Of a DNA stretch of 64,000 bases, positions 56,910-64,000 are shown in pieces. The stretch is taken from the IMG/VR virus record IMGVR_UViG_3300038620_000086, positions 8,841-72,840 of that record; one strand, written 5' to 3'. Source of the stretch: a virus. The first letter of the stretch is position 1. Every line of letters begins with the position of its first letter. Made by a program: the position numbers and the translations under genes. The notes under the pieces are model-generated. The model saw only the letters and a program-made list of their open reading frames with translations. It ran no database searches and was not told the origin of the DNA.

Positions 56910-58487
56910 AGACTCTTCTCCGTTTGAGTTGTCCTGATTTAAATAGAATGTGACCTCTCCTGGTGTTGATTCAGATAAAGCCCTATTAGGTGGCATACGA
57001 GTGAGGTGAGGACGATTTGTTAATGCTGATCCTCTTAGAACGGTGCCAACCTTTTCACCTGTTTCTTTGGAAATAGCATTCTTGGCATATTCAGCACTGG
57101 CATAGCGATACATATTGTTTTTAACTGCTGAATATACAGAGTCCACGGTTGGTCTATATTTACCCAACAAGGTGTCACCCTCTTGGTAAAGTTCTTCTAA
57201 GAATCCAACCGCTGGTTGTCCCCCTAAACTGTCAGCATCAGGGTTCTCGTGCCCTAAGAATAAAGGAGGTTCATATCCGGTCACATTGTTATTGAAGTTA
57301 TTGATCATCTGATCAAAGTCTTCTTGCGTGAAAGAGACTTTCTCATACTCAGGATGTGACCATTCCCCTAACACAGCGATGGGGATAAGTAGGAGACCGG
57401 AGGAATCTTTTTCGCCCTCTTCTGAGAGGATTTGGAATAGATCTGTCGTTAGAACAGTCGATTCATCTACTTTCGGATCTGTCTCAGTAAGATTAAAAGA
57501 TCCGTGTGCCTCCGTCCCCTTTGTATTTCCTGAGGAGTAGTCGTCTCTTTCCTTCTTGGTTGACTCTTTCTTTTCTTTTCCGCCATTAGAGCGTAGTTTA
57601 GAAACTAGATAACGATAGCCGCCATTTCCACCAAGCCACTCTGAATCAGCTAACCTTTCAATGCTTTCTTGTAGTTCCTGTTGTGGAACCGGTTTACCGT
57701 TAGCCAACTGGAAAGAAACTAAGAGGTCTGTTAAGTTAAGTTGACCTACCTCTTCTTCTGAAGCCTGAGAGTGTACCTCTTGGATTGACTGGCGAAGTTG
57801 TGTTGGAATAGTAATTCCCTCCGAAGATTTGACGAACGGTTCGTCAAATTCAGAAAGGTGTTTCCCTTGTTCAGAACTCAGCTTGTAGAGAAGGGAATAA
57901 TCCTTGACATCCTCACCATCGTCTTGGAATTCCGAGGAGACAACATCAGGATCAGAAGAAAGAACAGTTTGCTCATCTGCTGTCTCAAAATCTAAAAGCC
58001 CAGGCGTCGAGAACCGACTCTGAGCGGCTTGAGAAAGCAGATACCCTTGCATGGCAGGCTTGTCAACGATTGATCCATCGTCCTTTTTTTCCCAAAGAAC
58101 GCCATGAAACTGATCACTGTAAGCCTGCCCCTTTCCTTGAGTTTCTCCAGAAGTAAATGCCCCGTATAAACTGCCGTAGCAGTTGTAATACATCTCTTTG
58201 TAAGCGTTGGCAAGCTGTTGAGTCCGCTCTACGGGGTCAGTTGCTTCCACTAAAGTCTCAGCTAATTTAGACAGAGAACTGTTAGCAAAGGAATAGGGTT
58301 TAACTTCTGACTTTCCTTTGTCTTGAAAAGGTTCCTGATCTTGGTATACTGTCTCATGCAGACGAGAATAGATATTATCAGCCTCTCCCTCGTCTTCAAC
58401 AAGCTCCTTAATAAAGCCGTAGAGACGAGGGTCGGAAGCAATTCGATTGTTTTTGCTTTCGCTCATAGTCCAGTCGCTATTTATCAC
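56379..58487 (-). CDS. Mu-type prohead protease fused to scaffold (start may be ATG 58466)
   Basis: IPIAVLGEWSHPEY, PPLFLGH, PAVGFL, YRYASAEY, GTVLRGSALTNRPHL are Mu gpI-like motifs; C-terminal coiled coil. Confidence 0.88.
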   Translation of the reverse strand: MINSDWTMSESKNNRIASDPRLYGFIKELVEDEGEADNIYSRLHETVYQDQEPFQDKGKSEVKPYSFANSSLSKLAETLVEATDPVERTQQLANAYKEMYYNCYGSLYGAFTSGETQGKGQAYSDQFHGVLWEKKDDGSIVDKPAMQGYLLSQAAQSRFSTPGLLDFETADEQTVLSSDPDVVSSEFQDDGEDVKDYSLLYKLSSEQGKHLSEFDEPFVKSSEGITIPTQLRQSIQEVHSQASEEEVGQLNLTDLLVSFQLANGKPVPQQELQESIERLADSEWLGGNGGYRYLVSKLRSNGGKEKKESTKKERDDYSSGNTKGTEAHGSFNLTETDPKVDESTVLTTDLFQILSEEGEKDSSGLLLIPIAVLGEWSHPEYEKVSFTQEDFDQMINNFNNNVTGYEPPLFLGHENPDADSLGGQPAVGFLEELYQEGDTLLGKYRPTVDSVYSAVKNNMYRYASAEYAKNAISKETGEKVGTVLRGSALTNRPHLTRMPPNRALSESTPGEVTFYLNQDNSNGEESMSEDQQSEKQQQQPASEQQPASEKLSEGQLQEILSLTKRLEELEQKIDQKDQQIKELEEDRRNRVKQERLSSIESLNVSQSAKDKYKSLIEEEKLSEDQYNEVFEMLGEVAQDNTQQLTQQHGTTTETQEENLERQQETNDEGEQQQLAENPYKHIIERNKKLAEQKKKKLMQDDV
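57830..57846. repeat. Dispersed palindrome copy 4 (perfect symmetry extends 57827..57849)
   Basis: ATT-TGACGAAC-G-GTTCGTCA-AAT. Confidence 0.85.
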
Positions 58488-58569
58488 TTACTTATAGGGC
58501 GGACTCACCCCAACTAGTTTCTAACTTAAACAGATGTTGTCGCTATTAAGAGTCAATCTCTGAACCCAT
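58467..58569. promoter_or_regulatory. Divergent intergenic region, probable promoter region of the head-tail operon
   Basis: Only divergent junction in the window; 9-bp direct repeat GTCGCTATT at 58473..58481 and 58539..58547. Confidence 0.45.
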
Positions 58570-59142
58570 ATGTCAAAATATTCTTATCTATTAGCCCTTA
58601 ACGAGAAATTAAAGTCCTTAAAGCTGTCGGTCAAAGAAATCTATGAAGATGAGTTGGTATTAACAGTTAATGATCGGAGGTTCCCAGTTGCTATTCCAAA
58701 GGATCAATCTCAGATCAATCGATTAGCCTACGCCAAAGATCGTGTAGCCGTATCATGTAATCTTCTAAACCAAGCAGCCAATATATCTGAAGATGAAGCG
58801 ATTGGCTGGCTTTTACTGGAAGATTTGATCTCTGACAAAATCTTGAGTTCTTGGAGGGAAGAAGGCAAGATTCTCTGTAATATATCAGGGAAACTTGTTG
58901 AGTTTCAGGATTTTACTTACCACCCTTACGACTTACTCAATGTCGCCTGGATGATAAGAAAGGGATACACTTTTGAGGAGTCACCTGGAGAAGGACTACT
59001 TGTTGAGTCTCCTTACGGGATTCAAGAGTGGACAACGCCGTTCTCTTGTACCTGCGATAGACAGGAAAAGCCCTGTGAACATAAAGACCTTCTCCACACT
59101 TTTATTAAGAATCGAGAATGCTTCAGCCCTCTAGTTGACTGA
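58570..59142 (+). CDS. SWIM zinc-finger protein (190 aa)
   Basis: C-terminal FSCTCDRQEKPCEH (CxC-x-CxH); occupies a gap free of minus-strand genes. Confidence 0.75.
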   Translation: MSKYSYLLALNEKLKSLKLSVKEIYEDELVLTVNDRRFPVAIPKDQSQINRLAYAKDRVAVSCNLLNQAANISEDEAIGWLLLEDLISDKILSSWREEGKILCNISGKLVEFQDFTYHPYDLLNVAWMIRKGYTFEESPGEGLLVESPYGIQEWTTPFSCTCDRQEKPCEHKDLLHTFIKNRECFSPLVD

Positions 59143-60946
59143 TTCTTTCTTCAAGCTCTCTTACCTTGTCTGCCGGATGATAATTCAAGCCATCAAGAGA
59201 CCACTGGATGATCCCTCTACCGGTAGTAAAGTTAGTTACGGTATCTATCGCGTTAGGGATATTGTGGACAGCTTCATCAAACGAGTTTCCTGTTCCGACG
59301 TCCCACATAGTACATCCTGCTAACTCAACATAGGGTGGTTGAAGGATGAAGACTTTAGCTCCCTCATTTTGACCCACCGGCAATCCATCTCTTAAATGGC
59401 AATTAGCAACGCCATTTGACTCGCCTTCGATATCAGTTAATACTGTGACAAAGTCCTCGTTGTCTGTTTGAAGAAGAACAGGTGGTTTAGGAATAATATT
59501 AGGATCAATGTCTATAGAGTCCGACTGTTGAAACGTAAGGCTAACAGACTGATCAGACTCACTAGCTGGACTGTCGAATAGTCCAATGTGTCGAACTCTA
59601 GAGTCACCAACTGCTTCAACTGCTGCGTCCCCGGACATGAAGGTGCATCTGTCTACCTTTGCCATTCCCGCATTCACTGTGGAAACACCGCGCCCATTAA
59701 ATTCAAATTGAGAGTCTTTGACATGAACGTAGTTGAGACGCTCAGAAAGGATTCCTATGCCGCCGTAAGTCTGAATCCGACAGTTACTAACTTCACAGGT
59801 GATGACGGGAGTATCTAACGGAGTGATAAACTCTCCAGGTGCTCTTGTTGAAACCCTTATAGCGTGAGTTGTCCAACCAACTGCTGCTGGTCGGAAAACG
59901 CAATTACGGACGTGGGTTCTGTCCCAGTGATAGGTAGGCTTTTGAAAGTCTTCTTGGACATCTCCAGATGAACCAATGAAATGAAATTCTAGAATAGCTC
60001 CTACATTGTCCTTATCCACATAGTCAGTGTTTGTATCCCCTTCAAATATGATGCCTTCTATAGAACATCCATGCTTGGCTATTACAGCAGGCTGATCCTC
60101 AACGTTAGACTGAATGATTACCTGATTTGATTCGTCCCCTATGGGACGAGGATTGGCAATAGCTTCAGGCATAGACCTTAAAGTCACAAACTCATCTAGT
60201 TCGACCGGAGTATCAACCTCATACAGTCCTGGATAAAGGACAATTGTGGCGTGGATAGACCCTCTCGCTTTGTCAGCAGCAAGATGTAGAGACTTTATAG
60301 GGTTATATTTAGAACGACCTGTATTGTCATCAGATCCATTCGGACTAACCCAGATATAGTTCTCTAGGTCTATTCCAAGACTTTGAACCCTCTGAGAGAT
60401 AATCCAACGACCGGAGGACTGTGAGGGAATTCCATCGGGCTTTATAACATGACGGTTATCTCCCTCTTCAGTTGATTCCGAGTTCCAATAGTAAAGCGGG
60501 ATTATACCATCAGATAGCTCGTCTGCTAGTTCCCCAACATAAGTAGCCTTATAGTAAGCGTGATCATTAGACTGCTTAAGGCTGAGAAGCGTCTCTCTAT
60601 AAGCAACCAGAGAAAATACATCATTCGTTATCCTCGCGATCGCGCTCGGATCAGCTCCAATCTGAGACAACCCGTTACGGACAATTTCAGGTTGACTAAT
60701 AGGGGATACACCATCCTCCATACCAATAAATAGACGATCAATTGGAATGTCAATGGATAGAACCCGCCTGTCTGAGTCCCAATGTAAACCGGTATGATCC
60801 TCTCCGGGAATTCCATCAAGGGGATCAGACTCCGATAGGACTTCATCCATATTGTCGTTGAACTTTTGGAAGATTTGACGAACTGTATCTGCCGTCTCAT
60901 CACCAGGAAATTGTCCGATGTTTGCTTTTTTCAGGTTGTCAGCCAT
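59123..60946 (-). CDS. Tailspike/fibre-like protein with pectin-lyase-like beta-helix (607 aa)
   Basis: N-term NIGQFPGDETADTVRQIFQKFNDN (T4 gp9/gp10-like attachment motif); WVSPNGSDDNTGRSKYNPIKSL...LYPGLYEVDTPVEL; repeated beta-helix strands. Confidence 0.7.
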   Translation of the reverse strand: MADNLKKANIGQFPGDETADTVRQIFQKFNDNMDEVLSESDPLDGIPGEDHTGLHWDSDRRVLSIDIPIDRLFIGMEDGVSPISQPEIVRNGLSQIGADPSAIARITNDVFSLVAYRETLLSLKQSNDHAYYKATYVGELADELSDGIIPLYYWNSESTEEGDNRHVIKPDGIPSQSSGRWIISQRVQSLGIDLENYIWVSPNGSDDNTGRSKYNPIKSLHLAADKARGSIHATIVLYPGLYEVDTPVELDEFVTLRSMPEAIANPRPIGDESNQVIIQSNVEDQPAVIAKHGCSIEGIIFEGDTNTDYVDKDNVGAILEFHFIGSSGDVQEDFQKPTYHWDRTHVRNCVFRPAAVGWTTHAIRVSTRAPGEFITPLDTPVITCEVSNCRIQTYGGIGILSERLNYVHVKDSQFEFNGRGVSTVNAGMAKVDRCTFMSGDAAVEAVGDSRVRHIGLFDSPASESDQSVSLTFQQSDSIDIDPNIIPKPPVLLQTDNEDFVTVLTDIEGESNGVANCHLRDGLPVGQNEGAKVFILQPPYVELAGCTMWDVGTGNSFDEAVHNIPNAIDTVTNFTTGRGIIQWSLDGLNYHPADKVRELEERISQLEG

Positions 60947-60950
60947 AGTT

Positions 60951-63900
60951 TTACAGGAACTCGTTTTGATAGGTGTCCAATGTATTTTCTAGGTTAGAGA
61001 AGACATTATTCTTGGTATAACGGGGAGCATTCCAGCTAAAGTTGTTTTTCTCTCTGATTCCAGTTGATCCAGACATAACGTCGCCTAAGTTCAAACCAAT
61101 TAACCCATCTCTAAACCAGTTTCGACCATGTGGATAGCGGGGATAAACACTGGGATCAATGAGAGGACGAAGGTTGATCGAGCTGGTTTTATCTTGGATT
61201 TGAGGAGTATCGGCTCCGTTATTTTGCCAAGTATTAATGGAAGAGGAAATATCATTTAGTTGGACAACTAGACTTCCTAGGTTATTTTCGTTGCCGAAGC
61301 AAACCAACAAGTGTGGTGTACCACCGTCGTCTGTATAGTCCATAACAGAGCGAACTTGCTCTTGTGGATATTTATGAGAGGTGAATATTGGTGAAGGAGT
61401 TCCCTCGACACTAGCAACACTAACCGTTGAGGGGTCATAAGAGAGAGGAATAGGAGGATTTTCACCCTGGTCGGAGAGACCTAGCGCAACCATTACGTAC
61501 TCCCAAGCATCGTCGCTTGTGTTGTGCAAGTAAAGGAAGATAGTAGGAGTATCATTCTCACCGTCCTGCTGGTGGACAGAGATAAATCCGTAGTCATAAT
61601 CGTGACTATCTTCACTTAGAACAAATAGCTTGTCAATAAATCCACGCTGCCCACCGTCACCGTTTATATCATTACCATTACCGGGTGTATAGATAGTGGT
61701 TCCACCGCTATTTTGTATCTGCACTTCTTCCCACTCTCCAACGGAGTGGTTGTAAGACAGAAGCTTATTGGTGTTAATACCATTAGTCGAACCAAAAACT
61801 TCGTCGCGGAATGCTACGATGAGCGTCTCATTGTTATCGATAGAAATCATGTCAACCGCTCTCATTTGGTTGTCACTTTCTTCGACAGACCCATCATCAG
61901 CAACATCCGCTACCAATGTCGTAAAGCCATTGTTGTCAGCAAGAGTACCTCCGTCAGAGGAATAGGGATGGGGGGATCCAATATAGTTCCAAACAGGTCT
62001 GTCTGTCCCACTTCCATAAAGATAGCTCATCTCTTGAGGGATATGTTTTACGCTAACTTTGGTATTAAAGCTATCCTTGCTATTAGAAATGAGAACGGCA
62101 AGGTGAAACTCACCACTAGCAATAAATGGTGCGATCTTTTCAAAGTTTTCGTTCGATCCGACATCAATTTGGTGATAATTCCTCCCACCTCCTAGAGTGC
62201 TGTTGTTATTATATTCTTCTTTTCTTACATAAGCACCAGTGTCACCATCGGTAAGTCTTCTCCACCCTCCTTCTTCGTCTCCTTCTCCTGGAATCCACTC
62301 CCAGTTTCCATTGGAACTAGCATTAGGACTTCCGTAGACTGTCCAGACCAGTCTAGTGCTAGAATTGAGTGTATCTCCTCCTATCTCCTGTATAACAGGA
62401 TCTTCACCGGCAGGAAATAGATCCCTTATATCAACTGGAGTTCCCATAAAGTCAACCTTTCCGTCGGCAAGCTCATCCTCGATAACACTGGGATCTTTAC
62501 TGAGGCTGTAGGTGTCGTCCCAGAAGAAGACACCTGCTTGCTCTTCCTCTGAAAGATTTTCAGAGGATGGTAACGTCAACAGTGAGAAGATCTCTCCATC
62601 GCGGTTATCTGTTTCATCAGATATTTCTTCAACTATATCTATGTCTTCTCCAAACAACTTCCAATCTTTACCAAAGTCACCGCTGTTGGTATCAAAGACG
62701 TAAACTTTAGGAGAAGATTGAACCCCATCTTTTTGTAAGAGGAACAGCGCTCCTTGATCACTGATCTCTAATATCTGAGAGAAGTAGTTTCTCGCGCGAT
62801 TAGGAATGTCGATGTCTCCTTTACCATCTTCCGCAATGGTTATCCAACGCTCATTATTATTCTTAGCCATAACACTGCTTCCGTTGGATAGGTAATCAGC
62901 GATAACTGGAAGGACAGACCCATTGCCTCCAAACAAATTGCTACTAAAGCCGGTTGTTTCAAGAATCTTTTCTGTTCCTCCTGTACGGAGGTTTAAAATC
63001 TCCGACTCCCATTCTTCACTAGTAGAACTTAGAGAGCCAGACGTGATAGAAAAGATGCTATCCCTGTTGTTCCCATTAATGTCAATCCGGTTCAGAAAGA
63101 TACGATCATCTATCTTAGATAAACCTGAGAAATACTCACCGCTCTCATTTGTACCCAAGTAGCGACGACTAATTAGCGGAACACCGCCATTAATTTGAGA
63201 TTGAACACCAGAAGTCGTAAAGGAGTTAATGTAGTTAAGTCGTTGTTGTAGCAACGATTGATCAGGATTGTTTTCAAAGACGGGAACATCTCCGTCTCTT
63301 ATCAGATAGTCATTGTTTATCGAGGATTCAGCAACAGTTGAGGGATCATTAAATATCGTTCCCCCATTTCCTCCTAGATTTTGAGAAAGCACCTTAGAGG
63401 CGGCCGATGTCTTCTGACCAAATCCAGGATCAAATACTGCTAACTTGGCAGTGATTCTATCCCTCTGTTCCTGACCGATATTTAGATTTTGATGAAGGAA
63501 CCCTAGTTTAGAATGTAACCTGACAATTAGTTCATTAGGGAGTACATTCTGTTCACTATCTCGACCAAAGACTCGGGGGCTGATATTTAACGTTGGGATA
63601 CTTATCTGAATATCAGGTCCTTCTTCGGCTAAGAAAGTAAAGATTTTAGCCGTACTAGGAAGATCAGAAGGCAAACCTGGAAATTCGTTGGGGTTCATTG
63701 CTATCTGTACCATCCGATAAGGGTTAGGGAAGAATCTCAAAGAAGAAATATTCTCTATGCTCTCTGATCCATCAATGCCTGTCCCATAAAACAGCAAGTT
63801 ATCTGCGTCACTTCCCCCTTCATATATAGGGATAAGGAGACCCATACCATCAAAGATGTCGGTCTGAGCCTCTGTAATAATTTCGGCAAACTCATCGAAT

Positions 63901-64000
63901 GTTTGTTGATCTCCTAGGAATGGCTCGATCTTCTTACTACCATCATCTGCTTCTCCTATTTCATAAGTTGACTCTCTTGCTTCGTTTAAATTAAGTCTAT
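60951..64000 (-). CDS. Large acidic beta-rich virion protein, 5'-truncated by window edge (>1000 aa)
   Basis: The 964-aa ORF frame stays open upstream of ATG 63845 to 63998 (RLNLNEARESTYEIG...), so the real start is probably outside the window. Confidence 0.75.
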   Translation of the reverse strand, partial: RLNLNEARESTYEIGEADDGSKKIEPFLGDQQTFDEFAEIITEAQTDIFDGMGLLIPIYEGGSDADNLLFYGTGIDGSESIENISSLRFFPNPYRMVQIAMNPNEFPGLPSDLPSTAKIFTFLAEEGPDIQISIPTLNISPRVFGRDSEQNVLPNELIVRLHSKLGFLHQNLNIGQEQRDRITAKLAVFDPGFGQKTSAASKVLSQNLGGNGGTIFNDPSTVAESSINNDYLIRDGDVPVFENNPDQSLLQQRLNYINSFTTSGVQSQINGGVPLISRRYLGTNESGEYFSGLSKIDDRIFLNRIDINGNNRDSIFSITSGSLSSTSEEWESEILNLRTGGTEKILETTGFSSNLFGGNGSVLPVIADYLSNGSSVMAKNNNERWITIAEDGKGDIDIPNRARNYFSQILEISDQGALFLLQKDGVQSSPKVYVFDTNSGDFGKDWKLFGEDIDIVEEISDETDNRDGEIFSLLTLPSSENLSEEEQAGVFFWDDTYSLSKDPSVIEDELADGKVDFMGTPVDIRDLFPAGEDPVIQEIGGDTLNSSTRLVWTVYGSPNASSNGNWEWIPGEGDEEGGWRRLTDGDTGAYVRKEEYNNNSTLGGGRNYHQIDVGSNENFEKIAPFIASGEFHLAVLISNSKDSFNTKVSVKHIPQEMSYLYGSGTDRPVWNYIGSPHPYSSDGGTLADNNGFTTLVADVADDGSVEESDNQMRAVDMISIDNNETLIVAFRDEVFGSTNGINTNKLLSYNHSVGEWEEVQIQNSGGTTIYTPGNGNDINGDGGQRGFIDKLFVLSEDSHDYDYGFISVHQQDGENDTPTIFLYLHNTSDDAWEYVMVALGLSDQGENPPIPLSYDPSTVSVASVEGTPSPIFTSHKYPQEQVRSVMDYTDDGGTPHLLVCFGNENNLGSLVVQLNDISSSINTWQNNGADTPQIQDKTSSINLRPLIDPSVYPRYPHGRNWFRDGLIGLNLGDVMSGSTGIREKNNFSWNAPRYTKNNVFSNLENTLDTYQNEFL

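Noticed and set aside
769-63162. Numerous short plus-strand and nested minus-strand ORFs (60-160 aa)
   Set aside because: They lie antisense to or out of frame within long genes and have shadow-ORF composition. Only 58570..59142 and 10993..11205 occupy their own space.
1-64000. Stop-codon reassignment
   Set aside because: The standard code gives near-complete coding density, and TAA, TAG and TGA all end genes at tight junctions.

Overview
A 64-kb virion morphogenesis region of a large contractile-tailed phage (myovirus), almost entirely on the minus strand with tightly abutting or overlapping genes. In transcription order (right to left): fibre-like proteins, Mu-type prohead protease/scaffold, major capsid protein, neck proteins, tail sheath, tail tube, baseplate hub/spike/wedge/J, several very large fibre/beta-propeller proteins (up to 4129 aa), small virion proteins, terminase large subunit, and a long ORF (missing from the supplied track) that runs off the left edge. 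The host is very probably a HIP1-rich cyanobacterium (9 GCGATCGC sites found by eye; phycobiliprotein genes). The stand-out observation is a phycocyanin beta/alpha-like (cpcB-cpcA-like) gene pair embedded in, and overlapping with, the structural operon, directly upstream of a head-spike-base-like gene. The beta-like protein keeps both bilin-attachment cysteines. The alpha-like protein is split by two nested phycobiliprotein-like repeats, suggesting a possible bilin-binding virion component. A 17-bp palindrome (TGACGAAC-G-GTTCGTCA) also recurs four times in unrelated contexts. All family assignments are from motif recognition by eye, not database searches. No tRNA, rRNA, CRISPR array or IS element was recognised.
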